Shown one piece after another: positions 8,787 to 16,852 of a stretch of 32,000 nt of DNA. The position numbers were made by a program, and so were the translations under genes. Every line of letters starts with the position of its first letter. Position 1 is the stretch's first letter. The DNA comes from an uncultured archaeon (lineage in GTDB: Archaea; Asgardarchaeota; Thorarchaeia; Thorarchaeales; Thorarchaeaceae), in contig CAYHAA010000006.1 in NCBI GenBank assembly GCA_964354495.1, positions 60,001 to 92,000 on the forward strand. Direction: 5' to 3'. The notes under the pieces were generated by a model. The model ran no database searches, was not told the origin of the DNA, and saw only the letters and a list, made by a program, of their open reading frames with translations.

Positions 8787-10748
8787 ATGAAGTCTATGAG
8801 AATGTACAGTACCTTACTCTTGCTGGGAGTCTTCATTCTACTAACCCTTTCCTCAGTAACCAATACCGCTACTGCAGAAGGAGAAACTGTTGTTCAGCGT
8901 GGCGAAAGTGTGACAATTACAGTTCTACTCCTCCAAAATGGCACTTATGGAAACCCTGTTTCAGAGCAGCGGGTTGAATTCTTCGATCAGACTCACAATA
9001 TCCCACTAGGCAATGACACAACTGCCTCTAGTGGCATAGCATCGATTGAATGGGCAATCCCTCTCACTTTTCCCCTGGGCCCCACACTAGTCAATGCAAC
9101 CTTCCGAGGCAATGAACTGCTCTTCTTATCACCTTCTGCGCAGTGGATTACCTTGAAGATCATATCCTCCACCAATCTGATCATCGAGCATGAAACTGGA
9201 CCCTTTGCACCTGGAGATTCATTCACCATTTCGGCTCTTCTTCTTGATGATGGAAACACGCCCATAGCAGACGCCAAGCTCATTGCGCTCAAGGGAAACA
9301 CAGTGCTCGGCATGTCCATAACAGACTTATCAGGTATAGCTACATTTACGTTGCGTTGTAATGACACTTGGAGCGTTCTAGGTGAGAATGTAATATGTAT
9401 TGTACACGAATTGAACCTGGTGGATTGCTATGCCAGCACTACAAAGTCGTTTACAATTGATATTCGCCAAATAGTAGTTTCAATTGATGTAGGAAGTCAT
9501 CCAACTGAGGTCATGCTTGGTGACACTCTGTATTTTGAACTAGGTCTGTCCTGTTCTGATGGTGGTATTTCCGCCGAACTTGGAGTCTTTCTGGATGATA
9601 CCTTCATTGATACCATCTTCACAGATGCTCTTGGCACAGGGACGCTCTTCTTCACACTTGATTCGCGATTTGTGCTTGGTATGTGTACGTTCGAAATTGT
9701 GTACAATGGAACCGTACGCTACACAAGTTCAATCAATGGTTTTGAGTTATCTATTGTCAGTCCAGCTCTAGTAAACATCCGGATACCTTCTGTTCCTGTG
9801 ATTGGGTTCGATGCAGAAATAGAGATGACAGTCCTTGATTGCCTTGGTCGACCGCTTACAGGAACTCATATCACTGTCTTAGACGCTTCGAATGGACTCA
9901 ACACAACCCTGCAGTTCCTTTATGATTCCTCTATAGCCGCAATTCTGTTCCCGATACTTGGCCCTCCTGGTCAACATAATCTGCTGATAGAGCTAGGAAA
10001 CCGATTCATCACTAATGACACCTGTTACTACTCTCTGACTGTCTGGTCGGCTCCCGTGCTCATCTTGCAGGAATGCAACGTTCTTCATTATGCCTCTCCA
10101 AACCAAGAGATTCTTTTAGCAATCAGATTGACGGACTTTGCTGGGAACTGCTCCCATAGAAATCTTACAATTCTAATCAATGATTTCGCTGCAATGTCTG
10201 CATCGACGAACCCTGATGGAATGGCTTCCTTGAGAGTTAATGCGCCAAAATCTGAAGGAGCATACAGTATTTCATTTCTCTATGCGGGCAACATCTCTCA
10301 ATACGAATTATCGACCAGTTACGACTATGAATTGATAGTCAGTCGACAGATTCCTGTCCAAATAGAAACGAGTCATTTTGAAGTAATTCCACCTCTCCAA
10401 GAGATAACAATGCTTCTGCGGGCTCGATGTTTGAATGGATCATTGCTGGCGGGAATCACTGTCAAATTCATCTGGCTTCTACATGACTATTATGTACAAT
10501 CGCAAGAGGGAGGCGTTCTCACACTCCATCTGTCTATTCCTCCAGAGGGTGGCTACTATTCTCTCAGTTACGAAGTGGAAGGTGATGATGGCTTATCTTA
10601 TTCCGCAGGTTCAATTGAGATACCCATTCTTCAGGCAGATATATTGGCCTCTCAAGGAGTTGGTATCATAGGATTTGCAGTTAGCCTAATGATTACTCTT
10701 GTCAGTATGGTCATTCCGCTGATAAAGCGAAAACATCTCAATAACTAG
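8787..10748 (+). CDS. Secreted, C-terminally membrane-anchored Ig-like repeat surface glycoprotein
   Basis: N-terminal signal peptide, repeated beta-rich units (TDxxGxAT, YxG), about 10 N-x-S/T sequons by hand count, and a C-terminal TM helix followed by KRKH. Confidence 0.8.
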   Translation: MKSMRMYSTLLLLGVFILLTLSSVTNTATAEGETVVQRGESVTITVLLLQNGTYGNPVSEQRVEFFDQTHNIPLGNDTTASSGIASIEWAIPLTFPLGPTLVNATFRGNELLFLSPSAQWITLKIISSTNLIIEHETGPFAPGDSFTISALLLDDGNTPIADAKLIALKGNTVLGMSITDLSGIATFTLRCNDTWSVLGENVICIVHELNLVDCYASTTKSFTIDIRQIVVSIDVGSHPTEVMLGDTLYFELGLSCSDGGISAELGVFLDDTFIDTIFTDALGTGTLFFTLDSRFVLGMCTFEIVYNGTVRYTSSINGFELSIVSPALVNIRIPSVPVIGFDAEIEMTVLDCLGRPLTGTHITVLDASNGLNTTLQFLYDSSIAAILFPILGPPGQHNLLIELGNRFITNDTCYYSLTVWSAPVLILQECNVLHYASPNQEILLAIRLTDFAGNCSHRNLTILINDFAAMSASTNPDGMASLRVNAPKSEGAYSISFLYAGNISQYELSTSYDYELIVSRQIPVQIETSHFEVIPPLQEITMLLRARCLNGSLLAGITVKFIWLLHDYYVQSQEGGVLTLHLSIPPEGGYYSLSYEVEGDDGLSYSAGSIEIPILQADILASQGVGIIGFAVSLMITLVSMVIPLIKRKHLNN

Positions 10749-10760
10749 CTCGGAGTGAAT

Positions 10761-10871
10761 TGGTGCTCCGGCCGGGATTCGAACCCGGGTCGAGGGATCG
10801 AGAATCCCCCATGCTGGGCCGGACTACATTCGGTACTGTTTCAGTATAACACTTCAACAGTCCACCGGAGC
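10761..10871 (-). tRNA. tRNA-Glu(CUC) with 33-nt intron at position 10/11 (10829-10861); CCA encoded
   Basis: Removing the intron gives a 78-nt cloverleaf: GCTCCGG/CCGGAGC acceptor, GGGGA-TTCTCGA-TCCCT anticodon arm, CCGGG-TTCGAAT-CCCGG T arm. Confidence 0.95.
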
Positions 10872-10893
10872 CTGAGTATGCCAGCCCGGAGCC
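10865..10893 (-). repeat. 8-nt direct repeat GGCTCCGG duplicating the tRNA-Glu 5' acceptor strand, 21 nt upstream
   Basis: Minus strand reads aaG-GCTCCGG-GCTGGCATACTCAG-GCTCCGG-TGG. Confidence 0.85.
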
Positions 10894-10917
10894 TTAGAAG
10901 CACGCTCATCCGGGTCA

Positions 10918-10930
10918 CAAATAAGCCTTT
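10918..10930 (-). promoter_or_regulatory. Putative BRE/TATA for tRNA-Glu
   Basis: Minus strand AAAGGCTTATTTG, which places the TSS near 10894 by standard archaeal spacing. Confidence 0.45.
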
Positions 10931-10976
10931 CCCCATTTCTCAGGACTTGTACTGGAGTGGCTCGCTTGAGAAGGAA

Positions 10977-11183
10977 TTAAGGTGTACTGAATAGCTGAGT
11001 GAGATTGCTCCAGCTATCTTGTAAGAGTTGCAACAAGCCTGTGACAACGTCCTGTGCCCATCCTGTAGCTTGGAGGATTACTGCGATTACTATTGATACA
11101 GTCACCACAGCAAGACCTAGAAGAAGACTTTCCTCCACTAATGGACCGCCTTGCTCGTTGTCAATCAGATTTTCATTATTCAT
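10977..11183 (-). CDS. Flp/type IV pilin-like small protein (class III signal peptide)
   Basis: DNEQG|GPLVE gives Gly at -1 and Glu at +5, followed by a long hydrophobic helix. 68 aa, with GGGTGGAG SD at 11188-11195. Confidence 0.65.
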   Translation of the reverse strand: MNNENLIDNEQGGPLVEESLLLGLAVVTVSIVIAVILQATGWAQDVVTGLLQLLQDSWSNLTQLFSTP

Positions 11184-11211
11184 TAAGCTCCACCCTGGCC
11201 TTTCATCATCT

Positions 11212-11370
11212 CTGACCGTTCATTGTCAGTTGGACAGACTTGGGCACCAGAGTGCTGCCCGCCTAGAAAACGGCACTGGGCTTGACTCTGTGAGGACAGA
11301 GTTCGTGCCGGGTGATCCTCACATGAGTATTTTGGACCGAACTATATAAGCACCTGTCCAACTCTGTCCA
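11212..11370 (-). ncRNA. Candidate structured leader / cis-regulatory RNA upstream of the pilin gene
   Basis: Several nested and mutually exclusive stems (see findings). No family recognised. Confidence 0.35.
11343..11350 (-). promoter_or_regulatory. Putative TATA box (CTTATATA) for the pilin transcript
   Basis: Good match to the archaeal TATA consensus, about 160 nt upstream of the pilin ATG. Confidence 0.5.
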
Positions 11371-11449
11371 GGTTTCTTACAGCTGTTATCAACCCTTTTG
11401 AGGTCCTAAAGGAGGATCGCGTTCATTTTGAGCAGATGTCATCGTATTG

Positions 11450-13153
11450 CTAGTGTGATTTACTAGGTTCACGACATGCGAATCTCAAAGGATGTCCATA
11501 TGACCACATTTCTTCGCCTAGTTTTCCAAAATCCATCTTGTCCCCGTTATTCCTTACTGTGTCTATCAATATTGTGATAGGTTTTTGAGAATCCTTGATT
11601 CCAAGGCTTCTAGCAAGAGTCTGAAACGCACCGTCGGGTGCCCAATGAATGGTAGTGGGACTAGTGACGTCATACAAGACATTTGTTCCTAGATAGGTCA
11701 CCAGACCATCGTGAATTCCTCTGCGTATCTCAACGATTTCTTTGATGCGACGTAATGACTCACCGGGTTTAGGTCTTTCCAGCGTAACAACCAAATCCAT
11801 CATTCCAAGGTTAGATCTATCAATTCCATGTCCATGAATCCATCTGGAAATCAAATTAGAAGCTGAATCACTATGGCATGTCTGAATGGACCGAAGGCCT
11901 GCTGCAATAGCCTGAAACAAGGCTTTACTGTGTTCAGCTGTCTGAATCTCTCCGAGAATCAGATAGTCTGGCGATCGATGAAGACATTTCACGATTTCTT
12001 CACTCTTGTTCAGCTTCTTATGCTGTTCATCTACAGAATCCACCTGTAATCTGACTTGATGATGATTTGATGAGGGCCTACTTTCAATCGCATCTTCTAT
12101 GTAGATCTTCCTCCACCACTGGGGTGTAGTCATATCTAGCGCATTCAGGAGGGTAGTCTTTCCTGTGCCTGGTCCTCCTGTAATGGTTATGTTGAGCCTG
12201 CAAGCAACTGCTAGTAGCAGTATAGCTGCTGCCTCATGTGTGATTGTATGGTTTTCTATCAGATTCTGAATTGAGTATGGCTCTCTGCGAGCACGACGAA
12301 TTTCAAGGTACAGACCATTCGTGCAGAGAGGAGGTACACTAGCTGACAGACGAAGTATTGTACTCAAAAGGTCAAGCTCCATCTTTAGAGACGGATTACT
12401 TCGATCTAGGTGTAAATTACTCTCTGCCCTGATAAACGTGATAATTCGCGGCACCTCATCCATGCAGAAGGTAATTGATGTGGCGCATCTGCCATATTTC
12501 TGATGATCAAAATAGGCGACAGTGTCAGGTCCATCAAGATACACTTCTTCAGTCAATTCATCCAGCAGAATCGGAATGAGAGGTCCGAGTATGTGCGTTT
12601 GGTGTGCAACAATCTGTGAGAGCCTTATTCGTGTATTTTCATTGATTTCAGGAATATGTTCCTGAATGTATTCCGAAATCTTGTTCATCATTCGTTTCTG
12701 TTGTTCTGTTAATTGTTCTCTTGTTCCCAAGGGAGAACTTGCACTGTTCTTGAACTCCTTTATGAGCCTATTCAGCAGAGAAAATTCCAATGATGTCCTC
12801 ACAATCGGTCGATATGCGCACTTGACATGAGAGTTTCCATATTCTCCCATGAAAAAACAAAGGTATGGCCCAACACAATAGAAATCGATGAGATTCCCTA
12901 TTTCACAGAATAGTTCATCATTGTTACCAATATATACTGAATCCCATCCTTCAGAATACCATGGAGGTTCAGTCCTCAAAAGCTCTCCTGTGAACCGAAG
13001 ATGCAACAACCCACGATTCGCCTCTGCAAGAACGATAGGTTCCTCTGATTCCTTGGGCAGAGCACAGAGCTTCTGGCATATTGATTCAACTCCATCAGGG
13101 CAGTTACTACATCTATCCGATGAACAGTGAATGACCTTGACACTCTCTTTCAT
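11450..13153 (-). CDS. Type II/IV secretion system ATPase (TadA/CpaF/VirB11/FlaI-like)
   Basis: LRLSASVPP, IRR, Walker A ITGGPGTGKTTLLNAL, Asp-box IEDAIE, LHRSPDYLILGEI and His-box QTCHSDS. Confidence 0.9.
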   Translation of the reverse strand: MKESVKVIHCSSDRCSNCPDGVESICQKLCALPKESEEPIVLAEANRGLLHLRFTGELLRTEPPWYSEGWDSVYIGNNDELFCEIGNLIDFYCVGPYLCFFMGEYGNSHVKCAYRPIVRTSLEFSLLNRLIKEFKNSASSPLGTREQLTEQQKRMMNKISEYIQEHIPEINENTRIRLSQIVAHQTHILGPLIPILLDELTEEVYLDGPDTVAYFDHQKYGRCATSITFCMDEVPRIITFIRAESNLHLDRSNPSLKMELDLLSTILRLSASVPPLCTNGLYLEIRRARREPYSIQNLIENHTITHEAAAILLLAVACRLNITITGGPGTGKTTLLNALDMTTPQWWRKIYIEDAIESRPSSNHHQVRLQVDSVDEQHKKLNKSEEIVKCLHRSPDYLILGEIQTAEHSKALFQAIAAGLRSIQTCHSDSASNLISRWIHGHGIDRSNLGMMDLVVTLERPKPGESLRRIKEIVEIRRGIHDGLVTYLGTNVLYDVTSPTTIHWAPDGAFQTLARSLGIKDSQKPITILIDTVRNNGDKMDFGKLGEEMWSYGHPLRFACREPSKSH

Positions 13154-13213
13154 GCGACAACGCCTCCGTGGATTGGTTTTTCTTTGTCACGTACACAGGT
13201 AAGAAACAACTCG

Positions 13214-14257
13214 TCACTCCACAATTTCGTTGGGAAGTTCAATGATTTTCTTCATCATTCCGAAGTGATCCCTAATACTGTACTCTGCCACTTCTGTAGC
13301 TGTTGAAGTCAGTTTTTGAGTCAGAACGGGGCTTCTTCCATTCTGATAGGCAATCAAACGATCGCTTGCATAAGCTACTGACACTGTGAATATGAATGGA
13401 TTACGTCCTCCGCGTTTTGAGGATGGTATCATGTCCAAAGTCATCACAATTCTTTCTCTGAGTGCATTTTCATAGGATTTGAGGTCCCATCCACGGGACT
13501 TAACCTTGCTCGATACTCGTGCGTTGTTCATCAGCATTGAGAGCACTCGTGGAACATAGTCTTTCGGTTTTCGGATTTCCGGAGCATACCCTGTCACTGA
13601 CTTGAGTCTGAGGGCTTCCCGTACCATAGCTCTAACATTAACACGGTGCCCACATTTTTCAAACACATCAGCTATCTCGTTGAGTGTTATAGGAGCTTCA
13701 TCCCTGAACTCTCTCACAGCCATGAGAAGGCATACTGCAATAAGCAGGATATTGTTGCCCACACAGTCTGCAGTTTCTGATGTTACTTTCTTGTAGAGAT
13801 ATGCTGTACGATCCCGCACCTGCTCATTTAGCATCAACAATTTAGACACATGATTGAGAGTTCTAAGAGCTCGATATTTTGCTTCATTCTTTCCAATTCT
13901 GACTCTGGTACTATAAATTGTCTTAAGTCGTTTGAATTTCCTTTGTGCACGAGCAGATAGGGCTTGGCCGTGCGCATCTTGAAAGTACTTATCCTTATGA
14001 AATCCTATGTAACTTCCAAGTCCATCCACGATATGAATCCGATTTCCTAATGACACATACACACTAGCATCGGGAGTGTCACCAAATCGCTCTTCACCCA
14101 TCTGGTATGTTGGCAGGACATACTCTCTTGTGATGACCAAACCACATTCAGCACATACTATATGCCCTCGACTAGTAATCAAGAAACCGTTACAGTCAGG
14201 ACATGTTAACGATGATATTGAATGAGTTTCATACGTTCCATCAGTCAAAAACCACAC
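13214..14257 (-). CDS. tfb: Divergent transcription initiation factor IIB (TFB) paralog
   Basis: Zn ribbon CPDC-x13-CAEC and two cyclin repeats (PITLNEIA, GRNP, TQK..EYSIRD). The true start may be the TTG at 14248. Confidence 0.85.
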   Translation of the reverse strand: MWFLTDGTYETHSISSLTCPDCNGFLITSRGHIVCAECGLVITREYVLPTYQMGEERFGDTPDASVYVSLGNRIHIVDGLGSYIGFHKDKYFQDAHGQALSARAQRKFKRLKTIYSTRVRIGKNEAKYRALRTLNHVSKLLMLNEQVRDRTAYLYKKVTSETADCVGNNILLIAVCLLMAVREFRDEAPITLNEIADVFEKCGHRVNVRAMVREALRLKSVTGYAPEIRKPKDYVPRVLSMLMNNARVSSKVKSRGWDLKSYENALRERIVMTLDMIPSSKRGGRNPFIFTVSVAYASDRLIAYQNGRSPVLTQKLTSTATEVAEYSIRDHFGMMKKIIELPNEIVE

Positions 14258-14374
14258 CCATAGCAGATGTGTACATCCCTTCCTAACTGGGTTTCAGATA
14301 TAGTTCATACATTTGTACCAGCTAGAGATACAGTAGAACGAACAAAGCCATATATTACGAGAACTGAACGAGCC

Positions 14375-14409
14375 TAGTCAGAAAGAGATGACCGAAAGTA
14401 TTCTGACTA
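14375..14409 (-). terminator. 9-bp stem hairpin just downstream of rpo8 (possible terminator or processing site)
   Basis: TAGTCAGAA-17 nt-TTCTGACTA. No strong U-tract follows. Confidence 0.3.
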
Positions 14410-14422
14410 CCGATAAAACGAG

Positions 14423-14788
14423 TCATTTTAGTGTCATGTAGAACTTCTCAGAATCAAAGGTGCTACTTTGGCTGGGTGTAGACTTCACTAGATTCAAAAC
14501 TAGCCGCAAACCACCAACAGATCCAACAACTTCCAGACCCTCTTTGCCAGATTTCTTGAACAGGTTACCTTCAACATAGAGCTTTGATGACTCACCTGCT
14601 GAGATAGGCTTTGAGTCGATTGTAACACCAACCGTGTCCCCAACAGCCAATGCTCCACAGAGTGCCTCAGGTAATTCAAGTGTAAGAGTGACCCCCTCGG
14701 TCTTTGATGATATCTTGAGTATCTTCAGTCTTCTGGTTTCTGTTTCTTCTATTGAATCAATACTTGTGTCCTTGAATTTGATTACCAT
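14423..14788 (-). CDS. rpo8: DNA-directed RNA polymerase subunit Rpo8 (RpoG, RPB8 homolog)
   Basis: LTLELP..GDTVGVTIDS and YVEGNLFK...SVGGLRLVL resemble the RPB8 motifs LxLDI..DxxxxxI and YVMxGKVY...SFGGLLMxL. 121 aa. Confidence 0.75.
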   Translation of the reverse strand: MVIKFKDTSIDSIEETETRRLKILKISSKTEGVTLTLELPEALCGALAVGDTVGVTIDSKPISAGESSKLYVEGNLFKKSGKEGLEVVGSVGGLRLVLNLVKSTPSQSSTFDSEKFYMTLK

Positions 14789-14911
14789 GAGAACTATCTC
14801 CGAGTCATTTGGGGCTTAGATTCAAGGCTGGTTCGTTTTCGAATTAAACCTGTCGTTGTTTCCCTGTGCTCTTTTTTAGGCGATATAAAGACAGTTTCTT
14901 GGTGCTGGAAA

Positions 14912-16852
14912 TTGCAGAGAAGAACCCTAGCAGTAGTAATCCTCTCTCTATTAGTTGTTTCTGGCTTGCCGATACGAGTTATGGCATTCTATTTTGATTT
15001 TCAGTATTTTGAAACTGACAAAATGGTTTACGAGGTTGGTGAAACCATTGAAATGGCTGCTGGGCTGATTGCGGACTTCAGTCCTGAGGGATGGTGTTAT
15101 ATTTCGTTTGCCGTTGTCACAGATTTGGGCCCGGCATTTGCAGATGAGTACTTCATTCCTCCTTCGCCCAATGCGCGACTAGTGAACTCCTCCTATACTA
15201 TCCTACCCCAACATACTGACACTGGGGAGAATGGAATAGTTGCTCATGTGCTATTCAATGTCGAAGTGTTCGATACTGTATCACAGGGCGCCGGAGATAG
15301 TATTGAGGTGAGCATCACTAGAGGCCACCTCACAGTCCTGCCCGTATCCTCACTGACCATACAGTCCGGCACGAATATGACACTATGTCTTGGGATCGTA
15401 TCCATCCATGATGACAACATACGATACTCCAATGAATCCATCAATATTCGCGTTGAGGATTCTAGCTCTGTGACCATTTTGAATGATACCATTTCAACGA
15501 CGCTGGATGGTACTTTCAGTTTCAACTGGAGTAGTTCAATGGGGCCTCCAGGCGTCTACAATCTGACGGTCACTGGCTTTGGTAATAACGATTTTCTTGC
15601 GTTTTCAGAATCCTTACCGATATCCGTGACTCCTGCAGAATCAACTCTCTTCCTTCTTTCGGCGCCCGAGTCTATTCAATGCCAGTTTCCTGATGGAAGC
15701 CATTTTGAGAATGCGGAAATCCTTGTCAGGCATGAAACAGCAAATCAAACAGGGATTGACGATAGCACGGTCTATTGGAACAGCAGTTTTGGAAGTGGTG
15801 AATTAACAAGCGTCGGTAATGGTACATATACAGTATTCATTCCATTTCGAACACAATCAGGATTGTACGTAATCAACATTACAGCTATTAATCAGAAATA
15901 CCAAGCAGCCAGCAAGGCAATCTCCATCGAAGCTATCAAGAATACACTCCAATTCTATCCGTTTCAAAGCACATGGTCAGTTGAACATGGCGATACCCTA
16001 TTCATTCAGTTCTCAATCGAGGAGGAATTCGACTGGGGCAACGAAATTGTCGTAGACTTCCTAGACGATCTTGATGAGATATCTCTGTCCATGAACGTGA
16101 CTCCAGACTCGGTCAATTTGCTCCTAATGACTTGTTGGTCTAATCTATCAATTGGTATTCATATGGTTCATCCACACATCAGTAATGGCTACTATGCTTT
16201 CTCAAATGACACATCATCATTCCAACTTATCATCCTTGGAGAGTTCAGAGTCAACATAACTGTGTTATCTGCTTACTACGGTGAAACCATTGACCTAGGT
16301 CTTTCTGTTCTTGATACCAATAACAATACGATAGAGCTAGTATCAGTTTTAGTCTATTATGGCACTGATCCCAGTCCCTTTGCCACAACTGGGCAAATCA
16401 ACTCAACCGAAATGATATCAATAGAACTGCCCCTCTGGATAACACCTGGTATCCACTCTCTACGTCTGGAACTCCTGATTCCCTATCATGTATCTGTGTC
16501 TGAGCAAGTGAATGCTTCAGTCTGGATGAGGACTAATATGACAATCAGAGTTGAAACGATCTCAGACTGGAACCATTCAGCACATACCAGCTGCATTCTG
16601 ATTCTGACAGATTATGATTGGAGCATTTTTTCAAGCAACTCACTAGGTTCAATCATTCGCCCTCCGCCTATCTTGTTCAGTGGAATGACATCGATTGAAT
16701 TCCTTACTGTACGCGAAACCTCTCTTGATAACTGCCCCAAATTCAACTCAGGAACCAGTATTCTATCGACAGACTTACTGAATCCACTTACAGCTTCATC
16801 TGGAAAAGGCCAGACTGTTCTCAATCGCATGGATCTCACACTTGTTCCATGA
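14912..16852 (+). CDS. Secreted Ig-like repeat surface glycoprotein; last ~80 codons overlap the opposite-strand gene
   Basis: Signal peptide, beta-rich repeats (PGxYNLTV, PGIHSL), about 19 N-x-S/T sequons by hand count, and no C-terminal TM helix. Confidence 0.75.
   Translation: MQRRTLAVVILSLLVVSGLPIRVMAFYFDFQYFETDKMVYEVGETIEMAAGLIADFSPEGWCYISFAVVTDLGPAFADEYFIPPSPNARLVNSSYTILPQHTDTGENGIVAHVLFNVEVFDTVSQGAGDSIEVSITRGHLTVLPVSSLTIQSGTNMTLCLGIVSIHDDNIRYSNESINIRVEDSSSVTILNDTISTTLDGTFSFNWSSSMGPPGVYNLTVTGFGNNDFLAFSESLPISVTPAESTLFLLSAPESIQCQFPDGSHFENAEILVRHETANQTGIDDSTVYWNSSFGSGELTSVGNGTYTVFIPFRTQSGLYVINITAINQKYQAASKAISIEAIKNTLQFYPFQSTWSVEHGDTLFIQFSIEEEFDWGNEIVVDFLDDLDEISLSMNVTPDSVNLLLMTCWSNLSIGIHMVHPHISNGYYAFSNDTSSFQLIILGEFRVNITVLSAYYGETIDLGLSVLDTNNNTIELVSVLVYYGTDPSPFATTGQINSTEMISIELPLWITPGIHSLRLELLIPYHVSVSEQVNASVWMRTNMTIRVETISDWNHSAHTSCILILTDYDWSIFSSNSLGSIIRPPPILFSGMTSIEFLTVRETSLDNCPKFNSGTSILSTDLLNPLTASSGKGQTVLNRMDLTLVP

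Noticed and set aside
10863-10892. Second, 21-nt intron in tRNA-Glu using the upstream acceptor-strand copy
   Set aside because: The only good BHB (CCGG/CCGG) would give G8-C9 in place of the conserved U8, and registers that keep U8 lack proper helices.
11160-11210. C box ATGATGA and D box CTGA across the pilin start on the minus strand
   Set aside because: It overlaps the SD and CDS, there are no credible D'/C' boxes, and the spacers are the wrong length.
11225-11272. Resemblance to the ykkC/guanidine-I riboswitch (minus strand GTTTTCTAGG ... CTGTCC)
   Set aside because: The GGUUCCG core, the pairing GAGAAAAC strand and the 3' conserved block are missing.
11228-11363. 136-bp MITE bounded by 10-bp terminal inverted repeats
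   Set aside because: No clean target-site duplication, no second copy and no transposase in the window. An RNA structure explains it better.
14258-14308. ATG-AAC-TAT-ATC-TGA in frame with the TFB ORF (possible selenocysteine readthrough)
   Set aside because: The extension has no TFB-like or redox context, no SECIS-like element was recognised, and a downstream GTG/TTG start with an SD explains the gene.
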